A stretch of 64,000 nt of DNA from Roseibacillus sp. (GCA_002715825.1 PBAI01000011.1:9020-73019), one strand, 5' to 3'; positions 1 through 11,000 are shown, counted from the first letter of the stretch. Notes: generated from the letters alone by a model not told the origin. Made by a program: numbers and translations.

Positions 1-201
1 ATTACCGTGGTTCACAACGGCGTGCTGATACATCACCGTAAAACTTTGCTTGGGCCCACGCGGCACAAGGCTCTGGCCTCCTATCCAGCTAGTCACCCTG
101 CGAAAGCGCCAATCAGTCTTCAGGATCATGGAGATCCAATTCAGTATCGCAACATCTGGATCAGAGGATTAGGGGAGTATGACGCTGCCGCCGGAAAGTA
201 G
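1..201 (+). CDS. DUF1080 (3-keto-disaccharide hydrolase-like) domain protein, C-terminal fragment; the gene starts left of the window
   Basis: The frame is open from base 1. The tail APISLQDHGDPIQYRNIWIRGL matches the characteristic DUF1080 C-terminal pattern (LQxHG...FRNI.I..L). Confidence 0.7.
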   Translation: MTVVHNGVLIHHRKTLLGPTRHKALASYPASHPAKAPISLQDHGDPIQYRNIWIRGLGEYDAAAGK

Positions 202-386
202 ATGAGAGTTCTTCATATTTTTAATCAGGTTGCACAAAATTCGAAGGTGGCTCCGCTGGGAAAACAGAGGGAGGGGAAGACACCAGATATACATTACCTG
301 CGGATCGGAGCGGGGGGGAACACGCCCTTTACGAATTCATCTTTCCACCAATAAGAATTGCTCAGAGACAGAATACAGCTAACCAT

Positions 387-2663
387 TTGGATATGAAAAA
401 GCAGAGCGTGCGAAATGCTACGATCATCCTTGGGGCCCTTGGAGCCCTTGGAGCCGGCGGTTGTGGTGATAGTGTTACCAATGTTTCGGTTGCGTCTGAC
501 GGAGCCAAGGCGATTGCCATCAAGGTTGCTCCTGACAGGTCTTCTCCTGCCTCATTGGCTGGTTATGAGGCGGTTGCACGAGCGACGGGATTCGCGAGAT
601 ACATGCCTGCAACAACCCATGCCTACATGGGAATCTATGACGGGAAAGGTTTTGTCGATGAGATTCGGAAGTCGGCTCTTCTCAAGATGGCCGAGGACCA
701 ACTCGGAGGTGGGCTCATCCCAGAGAATCCTGATTTTGAACTGAATATTGAGGAAAATCCGCAATTGCAGATGGTGGCTGCATTGCTGGCGGAGGAAATT
801 TTTGTGGGTGTCGGCAACGGAGCCCCGGGACAGGTGGCAAACATGGTTGCCTTCAACGAGTCCTACAGCCGTCAGTCTGTTAAAATTGCGATGAAGACTT
901 TGGAGGCGACTCTTGCCGGCGAAGAGGAATTTGAAGGGGTCGGATTTCCGCTTCTTCTCCGAGGTTTGCTCAGTGATCCCAAGGGTGGCATCGGTATTGT
1001 CGAGAAAGCCCAGATGCCGCCAGTAACCTTCGGATTCAAGGTCAGCGACGGGGATCTGCGCGGACAATTGTATGAGATGGCCGCTCAAGGAATTGGGGCG
1101 ATGCTTGAGGGTCTGGGGCCAGACGGTGAGGGTTTTGCTGAAGCAGTGAATGTGGAACGCGGAGGATCAAAATTCACGGGGATCAAGATCAAGGGGGAAG
1201 AACTGGTGGCCTCAATGCCCCCGGACATGAAGGAAGGGATGGCACAGTTCATGGATGCAGCCACCGTGACGAGGCTGATGAAAATGCTGGAGTCGAAGAA
1301 TCTGGTTGTCGCGATTGGAGTTCACGAAAGTTACCTTGTCGCATTCATGGGCTCGAGCGCCGATGACCTTCAGATAGCCCCAAGTCCTGCGGAGTCTTTG
1401 CTCTCCCGCCCGGAAGCGGCGTTCATCAAGCCGTTTACAGGGAAAAGACTGGTGAGCCTTGTCACGATGTCGGAGGAGCTGCAGGAGAGCTCAAAGGGAG
1501 CTTCAATTTTCGGAGGCCTTGCTGCGGGCGTCAAAGAAGGCCTTGCGGAGACAGATACATTCGGAGACTCGCAGGATCTCGAAGTTCTTCTAGGGCTGAT
1601 CACGGAACAGGAGAGCGCGATTTTAGACCTGCACAGGCATACGCCTGGGGGGAGTGTAACCTTCATGGAAGATGGTCTCAAGATTGAGATCTTTGGTGGA
1701 GCGGAGCAGCCCAGTCTTAACTTGGACAGTGTCCGCACCTACTCGGAACTCGGAGCTCAGGACGATGTGCTTCTTTTTGCGAACTGGGTCAATGATGCTG
1801 CCTACAAGGACAAGGTTCTCGAATATATTGAAACCCTTGGAGAGACGGTGTATCTGGCTGCCAAACGCGTTTCATCCATGGAGTTGCCTGAGGGGGTTAT
1901 CCCTTTTGATGCGACAGAAGCCGAGGGAATCCTTGGCATGTTCGATGAGCAGATCCTTCCTCACTTTCTGGAGTTGTGGACGGGTGTCCGCGATGATTTG
2001 GTCGCAGGTCTCGGGGATGAGCGCGCCGTGATTATGGATCTAAAGGGAGCACTCCCTACCGTGCCAGGGCTTCCTCAGCTTCTTGCTGACGAGGGGAAGG
2101 CTCCCCGTGTGGCGGTGCTCGCGCCGGCGCGCGATAAGGAGCGACTCCAGAGTTCCTGGAAGAACACGGAAAAGGCGATCAACGGGATCATTAAGATCGT
2201 GGGGGATATGACGGGAGAAAATATTCCCATGCAAAGGCCGATGAGCAGTGAGAAAAATGATCTGAAGACTTGGTTTTTCCCGTTCCCTTTCCAGACCGAT
2301 GATTTCGTCCTGAACGTCTCAGCTGACGAGAAAAACGTTTATGCCTCAACTTCTAAGTCCTACGTGCAAAGTCTCGCGGCGAGTCTGGAGAAAGTGGAAG
2401 CTGAGCCTGGAAAAAAAGGGGCTTATTTCCATCTGGATTTGACCGTTCTGAACGATTATCTCAGCGGCTGGATCAAGTTGCTTGAGGAGGAAAAAGGAGC
2501 AATCTTCGGGGAGGGTTCGCCTGACGCGGAAGATCTGATGCAAATTCTCCCAATCGCCAAGCAGGTGGTATCAGCGCTCAGTGAGCTCAAGGGAATCAGC
2601 AGCCATACCCGGAATGAGGGGGGCACCCTGAGAACCTCTGTTCATTTCAGGACCGGTAACTAG
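387..2663 (+). CDS. Large putative lipoprotein, function unknown
   Basis: 758-aa ORF. The N-terminus MKKQSVRNATIILGALGALGAGGCGDS has a signal peptide plus a lipobox-like GAGGC. The likely true start is ATG at 393 (the track start at 387 is TTG). I recognise no conserved domain. Confidence 0.6.
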   Translation: MDMKKQSVRNATIILGALGALGAGGCGDSVTNVSVASDGAKAIAIKVAPDRSSPASLAGYEAVARATGFARYMPATTHAYMGIYDGKGFVDEIRKSALLKMAEDQLGGGLIPENPDFELNIEENPQLQMVAALLAEEIFVGVGNGAPGQVANMVAFNESYSRQSVKIAMKTLEATLAGEEEFEGVGFPLLLRGLLSDPKGGIGIVEKAQMPPVTFGFKVSDGDLRGQLYEMAAQGIGAMLEGLGPDGEGFAEAVNVERGGSKFTGIKIKGEELVASMPPDMKEGMAQFMDAATVTRLMKMLESKNLVVAIGVHESYLVAFMGSSADDLQIAPSPAESLLSRPEAAFIKPFTGKRLVSLVTMSEELQESSKGASIFGGLAAGVKEGLAETDTFGDSQDLEVLLGLITEQESAILDLHRHTPGGSVTFMEDGLKIEIFGGAEQPSLNLDSVRTYSELGAQDDVLLFANWVNDAAYKDKVLEYIETLGETVYLAAKRVSSMELPEGVIPFDATEAEGILGMFDEQILPHFLELWTGVRDDLVAGLGDERAVIMDLKGALPTVPGLPQLLADEGKAPRVAVLAPARDKERLQSSWKNTEKAINGIIKIVGDMTGENIPMQRPMSSEKNDLKTWFFPFPFQTDDFVLNVSADEKNVYASTSKSYVQSLAASLEKVEAEPGKKGAYFHLDLTVLNDYLSGWIKLLEEEKGAIFGEGSPDAEDLMQILPIAKQVVSALSELKGISSHTRNEGGTLRTSVHFRTGN

Positions 2664-2774
2664 CTAATTATCGCTCAGAGCTTGGCCAGAATGACTGCTC
2701 CACCCGGTGGTCTGCTGGTTGGCTAAGCCTATTTCCGCTGGTAAAGTGTGTGCCTGAGGGATTACACTGCCCCT

Positions 2775-3848
2775 ATGGCGAGAATGATCGTGCCTCAGGA
2801 AGACGAGCAGGAGCTCGGCGTGGCACAATCCCAGAACGTGGAGCTCCAGCTGGCGCGCCAGCGCCAACGCGATACGGTTCAGTCACTTGTCAGCTCAGTG
2901 ATCCTTATTGGGTTGCTCGTAGGGGTGCTGGCCTTGATTACGATTCTCTCACTTCGAACAGAATCTCCGACAATCGTCACCTACCAAGCCACTATGCCCG
3001 AGCAGGAGCGGGTCGAGCGTCCTGAAGTAAACCAGAGAGCAAGGCCGAATCCGCCGGGACAAAAGTCTTCGCGTGCAAAAGTGATTGCCTCGCAGGCGGC
3101 ATCACCGATATCTGTGCCGATTCCTGACAACCCCGTGCCCGAAGGACCTTTCGGGATGTCAGATGAGATCGGGGAAGGATGGGGAGACAACGAGGGAGAC
3201 GGTACTGGAGGTGGAGGAGCCTCCTTCTTCGGCAGTTATAGAAAGGGAAAGCGGGTGGCTTATGTTGTCGATTTCTCAGGATCAATGGGCTCCACCGCAG
3301 CAGGGGGAGGGACCTTCGCTCAAGCGCTGAAGAAGGAACTTACGACTTCGATCAGCAACCTTTCCTCCGGAATGTACTTCACCGTGATCTTCTTCTCATC
3401 GCGTGCCTGGAATTTAACGACAGAGGGCGATGATTATGTGGGGAACGGGTGGCACGGTCTGGGAGAGCCGCCGCACACCGGATGGTATCCAGCTAGTGAG
3501 GGGGTGAAAAAGGAAGTCATCAATAAGATCAACAGGATGCCAGTTGCAGGAGGGACAATGTGGTATCCCGGCCTCAAGATGGCCATGACCATGACGCCAA
3601 CACCAAGTATTGTATTTCTTCTTTCGGATGGAGAGCCTCGTGATGGAGATGAAATCTCCTTCAATATGAAGCAACTTAATCCGGGAGGAACGCCGATCGA
3701 TACCATCGCTTTTGAAGTGCCTGGATCGCCCGCCGGGCGCCTCATGGATATAGCGAAGGATACAGGTGGAAAGTTTGTCATGGTTCACAAGGGTGAACGC
3801 AAGACTGGAAGAGCTGCTGAGGCCCTTACGGATCCTAAATACGATTAA
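2775..3848 (+). CDS. Membrane-anchored von Willebrand factor type A (VWA) domain protein
   Basis: MIDAS motif DFSGSMGS (DxSxS), plus later GGT and LLSDGEP motifs. There is an N-terminal TM helix (LVSSVILIGLLVGVLALITILSL) and a Pro-rich linker. ATG at 2775 is preferred over the track's GTG at 2748. Confidence 0.75.
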   Translation: MARMIVPQEDEQELGVAQSQNVELQLARQRQRDTVQSLVSSVILIGLLVGVLALITILSLRTESPTIVTYQATMPEQERVERPEVNQRARPNPPGQKSSRAKVIASQAASPISVPIPDNPVPEGPFGMSDEIGEGWGDNEGDGTGGGGASFFGSYRKGKRVAYVVDFSGSMGSTAAGGGTFAQALKKELTTSISNLSSGMYFTVIFFSSRAWNLTTEGDDYVGNGWHGLGEPPHTGWYPASEGVKKEVINKINRMPVAGGTMWYPGLKMAMTMTPTPSIVFLLSDGEPRDGDEISFNMKQLNPGGTPIDTIAFEVPGSPAGRLMDIAKDTGGKFVMVHKGERKTGRAAEALTDPKYD

Positions 3849-3881
3849 AGAGACCCTCGGCCACCTCGACTGAGTCCGCGT

Positions 3882-4550
3882 TTAGGAGTGAAGGCTGTTC
3901 AGAATTGCCTCTGCGAGAGGAAGGTCTCCCGAAACAGTCACTTTTGGGTTGGGCCGCTGATTTTCTACAAGCTTTGTGGTGACTCCGACAGCTTCTGCAG
4001 CGGACACCTCGTCAGTTACGTGAATCCCGCGCTCCTGTATCAGCTTGTAGGCCTCGGAAAGTGTATCGAACCGAAAGGCTTGGGGAGTTTCCATTATCCA
4101 AAGATTTTCGCGGGATAAAGACTCACTTGTGACACACTCGTCATTGGTTCTCTTCACGGTTTCGGTCATGCGGCGAGCCAGCGCAGCAGCTCCTTCGGTC
4201 CGGGCTGTCTGGACGACCGCATTAATTTGACTTGGTAGTACCAGAGGACGAGCCCCATCATGAACGGTGATATAATCCGGCTCGGATGGAAGAGCTTCCA
4301 TGCCACGGATGACGGAGAGGTAGCGCTCCTGGTCTCCTTCGATTCTGAGGACCGGCTTGCCAGATCCTGGATCAAGTTTTGCGAATCGCTCAGCACTTGT
4401 GACAACCATGATCACGTCAATTTCTTCAGCCTCCAGAAAGGCATCGAGGGTCCATTGGAGAACAGGCTGTCCGTTAAGAATGGACAGCATTTTATCGAAG
4501 CCCATCCGCTGGCTTTTGCCAGCTGCAACAATAATTGCGGCACAGCTCAT
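3882..4550 (-). CDS. ispD: 2-C-methyl-D-erythritol 4-phosphate cytidylyltransferase
   Basis: 222 aa. The N-terminal AIIVAAGKSQRMG nucleotide-binding motif and overall IspD-like sequence (NGQPVLQWTLDAF, VHDGARP). Confidence 0.85.
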   Translation of the reverse strand: MSCAAIIVAAGKSQRMGFDKMLSILNGQPVLQWTLDAFLEAEEIDVIMVVTSAERFAKLDPGSGKPVLRIEGDQERYLSVIRGMEALPSEPDYITVHDGARPLVLPSQINAVVQTARTEGAAALARRMTETVKRTNDECVTSESLSRENLWIMETPQAFRFDTLSEAYKLIQERGIHVTDEVSAAEAVGVTTKLVENQRPNPKVTVSGDLPLAEAILNSLHS

Positions 4551-4613
4551 TCTCAGGGGCAGATCATGGGTTGTTTTCGGGGGATCCGTGTCAAGCGAGA
4601 GGGAGGAGCTACC

Positions 4614-5069
4614 CTAGGCGAGGTGTTGCATCACTGCCTGAGAAAGAGCCTTGCCATCCGCTCGGCCAGCGGTCTTGTCCTGAAGGAGTTTCATGACCTT
4701 ACCCATATCTGCTCTTGAGGAGGCATTGCATTCCGCAATGGCAGCATTAACGAATTCATCAATTTCCGCAGGCGAGAGAGGAGACGGAAGATACTGCTCA
4801 AGGAGGGCGATCTCAGATTCTTCTTTCTGGGCCAATTCTGAACGGCCCGCCTTGTTGAACTGATCCATGGATTCCCTGCGCTGTTTGATCTGTTTGCGGA
4901 TTATGCCCACGATCTCACCTTCATCCAGAACCGCATCGGCTCCTCCTTTCTCAATTGCAGCATTCTTGACCGCACTTTTAACCGCGCGGAGAGTATTGAG
5001 AGCCATGCTATCCTTTGCTCGCATGGCATTCTTCAGGTCTTCTGTGAGTCTTTGTGCAGTGTCAGCCAT
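4614..5069 (-). CDS. yqeY: GatB/YqeY domain-containing protein
   Basis: 151 aa. LKNAMRAKDSMALNTLRAVKSAVKNAAIEKG and LEQYLP are typical of the YqeY family. Confidence 0.8.
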   Translation of the reverse strand: MADTAQRLTEDLKNAMRAKDSMALNTLRAVKSAVKNAAIEKGGADAVLDEGEIVGIIRKQIKQRRESMDQFNKAGRSELAQKEESEIALLEQYLPSPLSPAEIDEFVNAAIAECNASSRADMGKVMKLLQDKTAGRADGKALSQAVMQHLA

Positions 5070-5158
5070 TGGTTGGAAGTAGAATTCTCAAGAGGTAATT
5101 TGCAAGGTTCAAGTTCAGCAAGCAGGTCCGTCTCCTGTGCGAATGCTCATTTAAAAAC

Positions 5159-5707
5159 TTGAAACTTGAAAGAGGAGACAAGAGGAGCCTTCTTGATGTC
5201 GTGCGTGCAGGAAGTTTCTACCTCGTTCTTGTAGGATTAGCATTATGCGTTGTAGGGGTGATATTCGTCGCCCTGATGTGGCGGAGTTTTGATCGAGCTT
5301 CTGACCAGAGGGCGTGGACCGAGGTGCAAGCCACAATCATTGAGTCCAGAGTCGACCAGCGTCAGATTGGGGCCCAAGTTAAGGTAGAATATGGTTTTTT
5401 TGTGGCCTATGGGTATTCGTATGAAGGAGTTCCCTTCACCTCGGAGCGCTATAGCCTTCGGGGTTCTCCTTGGAGTTCTTCGATCGAGAGGTCTCAGCGT
5501 CGGGTAGATCAATTCCCAGTCGGTTCAGAGGTCACCTGTTTTGTCGATCCCGGGGATCCGGCTTTTTCAGTTCTAAAGCTTGATTCAAAAGCTCCAGGTT
5601 ACTCTCTCTGGTTCCCCACAATCTTCATCATCGGAGGAATCGGGATGATAGTGGGTGCCATCCGGGGAGATCTGATCCTTAAGCGCTCGCAGGAACCGTC
5701 GGGCTGA
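5159..5707 (+). CDS. DUF3592-like membrane protein
   Basis: N-terminal and C-terminal TM helices flank a beta-rich core (WTEVQATIIESRV...YGYSYEGVPFTSERY...VTCFVDPGDPAFSVL), as in DUF3592. The start is uncertain (TTG 5159 or GTG 5201). Confidence 0.55.
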   Translation: MKLERGDKRSLLDVVRAGSFYLVLVGLALCVVGVIFVALMWRSFDRASDQRAWTEVQATIIESRVDQRQIGAQVKVEYGFFVAYGYSYEGVPFTSERYSLRGSPWSSSIERSQRRVDQFPVGSEVTCFVDPGDPAFSVLKLDSKAPGYSLWFPTIFIIGGIGMIVGAIRGDLILKRSQEPSG

Positions 5708-5730
5708 TCAATGCCCGTAGGGGGTGAGGT

Positions 5731-6528
5731 TCAGCTAGAGGTTACTTTGACGAGGAAGCCCTTGCGCCGTGCGGACGTGAGCATCCCGTGGAGCAGCCAA
5801 AGAGATGCCCCCAAAAAAAGGATGTTTGTAGCAAGGGCAGTGGCCATCTGGCTTGCGGGGAAACTGTTAAACTCGATAACTTGTCTCATTCCTTCAAAGA
5901 CATGCGTGGATGGCAGAGCCTGCGCGACAGGTTGCAGCCATCCCGGCAGGGCAGAAACTGGGTAAAATACTGCAGAAAAGGGCTGCACCATAAAGGGGAC
6001 GGCCCACGCCAACGACTCGGCACCATGGCCGAACCTCAGGATCAGGCTGACCGAGACGAGTCCAAGGGCCCAGCCAAAGAGAAGGAGGTTGAGGTAAAAG
6101 GGAATCAGAGCGAGTTCGAGATGAAAGAGATTGAACTGGTAGGCGACGATTGCAATCAGCGCCAAAATCACCCCTGTGAACATAACCCTGCACAATCCAA
6201 CCAAGAACATTGCGCCTACATATTCGGTAATCCTAACTGGTGCCGCAAAGATGTTCAGAAGGTTACGAGTCCACACATCCTCAAGGAATGAGATCGATAC
6301 GCCTTGCTGTGAACGAAACAGTGCATCCCAGAGAATGATTGCCCCAATAAGGTAGGTGATCGTTTCTGGAAAGTTTCCAGCACCCTCGGATTGGAGATAT
6401 TTTGTCAGGAATCCCCAGACGAGCAATTGCACAAAAGGCCAGAACACGAGCTCGATGATGCGCACCGGGTGGCGGGTGTAGAGCCAGAAGTAACGCAGGG
6501 CGATGGAGCCAAGAATTCGGACGTTCAT
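5731..6528 (-). CDS. ABC-2 type transporter permease; no cognate ATPase gene adjacent
   Basis: 265 aa with about six hydrophobic helices. The N-terminus ALRYFWLYTRHPVRIIELVFWPFVQLLVWGF is typical of ABC-2 permeases. Confidence 0.75.
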   Translation of the reverse strand: MNVRILGSIALRYFWLYTRHPVRIIELVFWPFVQLLVWGFLTKYLQSEGAGNFPETITYLIGAIILWDALFRSQQGVSISFLEDVWTRNLLNIFAAPVRITEYVGAMFLVGLCRVMFTGVILALIAIVAYQFNLFHLELALIPFYLNLLLFGWALGLVSVSLILRFGHGAESLAWAVPFMVQPFSAVFYPVSALPGWLQPVAQALPSTHVFEGMRQVIEFNSFPASQMATALATNILFLGASLWLLHGMLTSARRKGFLVKVTSS

Positions 6529-6598
6529 GCAGTCGGTTAAAGAGCTAGGGAGCGCGATCTTATGACACGCTCGTCAGCAATAAGGGGGGTATGTGAAT

Positions 6599-8032
6599 TC
6601 AGGCCAAAATCTCCTTTATGACCCGGGCCTCTTCCACACCTGTTAGCCGTTGATCCAACCCCTGATATCGGAAGGTAAGCTTTTCGTGGTTAATGCCAAG
6701 CTGGTTAAGGATTGTTGCATTCAGATCACGGATATGAACTGGATTCTCCAAAATGTTGTAGGAGTAATCATCGGTCTTCCCATGCTCATAGCCCCGCTTG
6801 ATTCCTGCTCCGGCCATCCAGGTGGTGAAGCATCGCCCATGGTGGTCACGGCCGTAGTTATCTTTTGTCAGCTTTCCCTGTGAGTAAATGGTCCTGCCGA
6901 ATTCGCCACCGCATATTACAAGGGTATCATCGAACATGCCCCGCTCCTTCAGATCCTTGATTAAGCCCGCGCATGGTTGATCGATATCCTCACACTGCTG
7001 GCGCAGTTTCGAGGGCAGGCTGCCATGCTGATCCCATCCACGATGAAAAAGCTGCTGGAAACGGACTCCTTTCTCGGCCATGCGTCTCGCCAGAAGACAA
7101 TTTCGAGCGAAGCTTCCTGGTTTCTCCACGTCAGGACCATAGAGGTCTTTCACGTGTTGGGGTTCGTTGGAAATGTCCATCAGCTCAGGCACTTCTGATT
7201 GCATGCGGAAAGCCATCTCATATTGCTCAATTCGTGACTGAGTTTCCGGGTCGGCGAACCTCTCGAATGTCTCGCTGTTAAGGTCCTTAAGGCCATCAAG
7301 CATCTCGCGACGAGCATCTCGATCGATACCCGGAGGGTTGTTGAGGTAAAGCACTGGCTCTCCGTTACTTCGCAACTTTACTCCCTGATGACTGGAAGGA
7401 AGGAATCCGCTACCCCACAACCTGTCGTAAAGCGCCTGCAGTTGCCCTCGTCCACGAGAGATCATGACAATGTATGCTGGCATGTTCTCATTCACGCTTC
7501 CCAGGCCATAACTCAGCCATGATCCCATGCTCGGTTTGCCCTGCTGCTGCACTCCGGTATTGATGAACGTGATCGCGGGGTCGTGGTTGACCGCCTCGGT
7601 ATTCATGGTCTTGATGATCGTGATATCATCAACGATGCCTGCAGTATGGGGCAAGAGGTCCTTGTTGACCCAGGTTCCGTGTTTTCCGAAACGCTCAAAT
7701 TCAAACATCGGAGCCACGCACGGGAAGGACTTCTGCCCGCTCGTCATGCCGGTGATACGCTGACCTTGGCGAATGGAATCTGGCAATTCCTTGCCATGGA
7801 TCTCCCGCAACGCCGGCTTGTAATCGAAAGTATCAATATGAGAAGGACCCCCGGGGAAAAACAGGTAAATGGCACGCTTTGCCTTCGGAGCAAAGTTTGG
7901 AAACCCCGGGATGCCATCCGCCGCCTCTGCGGAACCAAAAATCCCTGGGTTCCAGAGACCGCTTAGGGCCGCTGCGCCCATTCCGTGCCCGGTATGTAAC
8001 AAGAATCGGCGCCGTGTTGGATCGTAATGCAT
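6599..8032 (-). CDS. DUF1501 domain protein (sulfatase/alkaline-phosphatase-like fold), Tat signal
   Basis: Twin-arginine motif TRRRFLL. Conserved [21 protein letters not shown] and GRDHHG motifs. Confidence 0.9.
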   Translation of the reverse strand: MHYDPTRRRFLLHTGHGMGAAALSGLWNPGIFGSAEAADGIPGFPNFAPKAKRAIYLFFPGGPSHIDTFDYKPALREIHGKELPDSIRQGQRITGMTSGQKSFPCVAPMFEFERFGKHGTWVNKDLLPHTAGIVDDITIIKTMNTEAVNHDPAITFINTGVQQQGKPSMGSWLSYGLGSVNENMPAYIVMISRGRGQLQALYDRLWGSGFLPSSHQGVKLRSNGEPVLYLNNPPGIDRDARREMLDGLKDLNSETFERFADPETQSRIEQYEMAFRMQSEVPELMDISNEPQHVKDLYGPDVEKPGSFARNCLLARRMAEKGVRFQQLFHRGWDQHGSLPSKLRQQCEDIDQPCAGLIKDLKERGMFDDTLVICGGEFGRTIYSQGKLTKDNYGRDHHGRCFTTWMAGAGIKRGYEHGKTDDYSYNILENPVHIRDLNATILNQLGINHEKLTFRYQGLDQRLTGVEEARVIKEILA

Positions 8033-8060
8033 TTCTTACTGGTGTTTGATTCTCTAAAAA

Positions 8061-11000
8061 TTACCCGCGTGTCAGGGTTTCATCCATATTCAGGAGGAGT
8101 TGACCAACTACCATCCAAGCGGCATGTTCGACTGCATCGATCGTCTCATCGCGAGGCATCTCGCCAACGCCGAGAAACTCTTTCGCCTTTTTGGGGTCAT
8201 CCCGGAATCGCTTTAACTGCTCACCGAGGACCCGCTCGATTACAGTAACCTCGGATCCGGTTGCGGGACGCGACAAGGTCAGTTTGAAACCATAATCGAT
8301 TCTTGATGCCGTGCCGTTACCACCTTCCTTGATCAACCTCTGTCCGAGAGCACGAGCCGCCTCAACGAATTGCGGATCATTAAGGGTGACGAGAGCCTGA
8401 AGTGGAGTGTTGGTAATAGGCCGCTGGATCATGCATTTTTCCCGCGTCGGAGCATCGAAGATCAGCATGTTTGGCATTGGTGCAGATCGCTTCCAGTAGG
8501 TGTACATGGAGCGGCGGTAAAGCTTTTCGCCACCGTCGCGTTTGTATCGCAGCCCCCCATTGAGAGACACTTCGTTCCATATATTCGGAGGCTGGTAGGG
8601 TTTGACGCTTGGCCCGCCAATTCTTTCCACCAGCAAGCCAGAAACGTCCAGCGCGGTGTCACGGATAAATTCGCCCTGCAGACGAAAGCGTGGGGATCGT
8701 GCAAGCAAGATATTCTCAGGATCTACCTGAGCCAATTGCGGCGTTAAACGCGACATCTGGCGGTAAGTTGCCGAAAGAGCTATCTGCTTTATCATACGTT
8801 TCACATCCCAGCCGTTCTCCACAAAATCCACAGCTAGCCAGTCGAGTAACTCTCGATGACTGGGCGGGCTGCCTTGGTTTCCAAAATCATCAACAGATTT
8901 GGTCAATCCGCGTCCAAAAAGGAGCGCCCAGTAACGGTTAACCGCAACCCGGGCAGTGAGAGGGTTCGAGCCCGAGGTAAGCCACTTCGCCAGTCCCAGC
9001 CGGTTTGAAGGGGACCCTTCCGGTAGCGGTGGCAGTGCAGCCGGAACGCCGGGCAGAACGACGGCGTCCGGTCCCTCTGTAATTGGTTGGTCGTAGGCTC
9101 CACGATCGAGGATGTAGGTTTTACGGGTCTTATTGGCCGCATTGTCCTGCATCACCATCACACTGGTATTCTTCTGGCTTTTGATCCCGGTTTCCTCGGC
9201 CAGAAGCTTGCTGTGTAACGCAGCCAGGTTCTGGTAATCCTTGTCTTCTGTGGAAAGATAGTGCTCTAGCAAAACCGCCTTCTGCTCTTGTGTGCGGGAA
9301 GCAGCAGGGAGAGCGAGGATACCCTTGATTGGATCCCCACCAAGTCGCTGAATCTCAGCGTCGGAAAGATTACGGTTGTAGATTCGTAATTCATCGACTT
9401 CACCAATGTAATTTCCCTTTCCTGAGCGACTACCGATTTTAAATGGGGTCTGAGTCGCGATCGAATCCCTGAGTGAATCCTGCTCCACCTTGTTAGCCGT
9501 CAGCTTACCATCGATATAAATCTTAACACCTGTGGCCTTGGATGATCCGTCATAACTAACGGCCACATAGTGCCATTTGTCTGCCGTGAGGGATTCTGCG
9601 GATACCACCTTGAGGGCATTTCCTGGCCAGCTACTGATGATATGTGTGCCCACCGAGCGATTCTGGATCCATAAATCATAGCCTCGGAAAGCCTGTCCTT
9701 CGTCTATCCGGGCAAGCACTGCACCGCTCCCGCTGTTTGGAACCTTGAGCCACGCGGCGAAGGTGAACGGTTCGTTGCGTTCGCGAGCCGGCCACGAACC
9801 GAAAGAAACCGCACTCTTGCCATCAAATCGGATTCCCCCATGAGACCCGCGCTTTGCGGGATAGACCTTGCCGCCAATCTGTCCAACTCCACCACCTACA
9901 GTGGCCTTGATTTGTTTTCCTCCACGCTCATCCAATGGGAAGAAATGGGACAGGCCAGCAGGCTCAGGCAGGGTGTCTCCTGCAGATTGTTCCATGTTCT
10001 TCAGCCACTTGAGATATTTGGTCATCGCAGCCTGTTTGTAGTCGTTTATCTGAATGTCACTGGCCTCGATAGCTTTCCGCAACTCAGCCAACTGCTCGGC
10101 CTGTTCCCGGGGTGGGACATTAACGACAGGGGCTTGATTGCCCCCCCGCGTCTGCATTCCTGGATCCGTGGTATTATTGAAGTAGGCGAACATCTGGTAG
10201 TATTCCCGCTGAGAAATCGGGTCATACTTGTGGTCGTGACATTGGGCGCACTCCATGGTCAGGCCCATCCAGACATTTGCCGTGGTCTTGACCCGGTCGA
10301 CGACGTATTCGACCCGTAGCTCCTCGGCGAATGCTCCACCCTCATCCGAGGTGGCATGGTTACGGTTAAAGCCGGAGGCCACGCGTTGCGCAACCGTAGC
10401 CTCTGGCAACAGATCGCCTGCAAGCTGTTCGACAGTGAACCGGTCAAACGGCATGTTAGAGTTGTAGGCGTCGATTACCCATTCACGCCAAGCCCACATA
10501 TCGCGTGGGCCGTCCGCATGCATTACCGAGGAGTCTCCATAGCGCGCCGCATCCATCCACGCCAAGGCCATTCGCTCACCGTATCGTTTTGTAGCAAGAA
10601 GACGATCAACGACCTTTTCATAGGCGTCGGGCGATTGGTCGTTCACGAATGCTTCAACCTCGGAGGGTGCCGGGGGGAGCCCTGTCAGGTCGTAGGTCAC
10701 TCTGCGGATCAGGGTGCGCCGATCTGCCTCTTTTGACTGCTTCAGTCCTGCTTCCGCCAGCCTTTCCAAAATAAATGAGTCAATAGGGTTATGGATCCGC
10801 TGATTTTGATTTTCTGTTGCTACGACCTTCGCCTTTGACGGCTGGAGGAAAGCCCAGTGCTCCTTGTATTCTGCCCCGGAGAGAATCCATTGCTTGAGCA
10901 ATGCTTTCTGCTCCGAGCTCAAGACCTGATGAGATTCAGGTGGAGGCATCACCTCGTCTTCATCTTGCGAGGTAATCCGGTGTAGAAACTCACTGTCAGC

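Noticed and set aside
552-1088. A 178-aa minus-strand ORF inside the lipoprotein gene. Many similar shadow ORFs were also noticed, e.g. 21120-21740 (-), 24632-25480 (+), 35057-35632 (+), 40288-40836 (-), 50135-50779 (+), 57206-57826 (-) and 62543-63277 (-, out of frame).
   Set aside because: All lie antisense to, or out of frame within, longer ORFs with clear family motifs. Their translations are low-complexity and rich in Arg, Ser and Pro, as expected of shadow frames in moderately GC-rich DNA.
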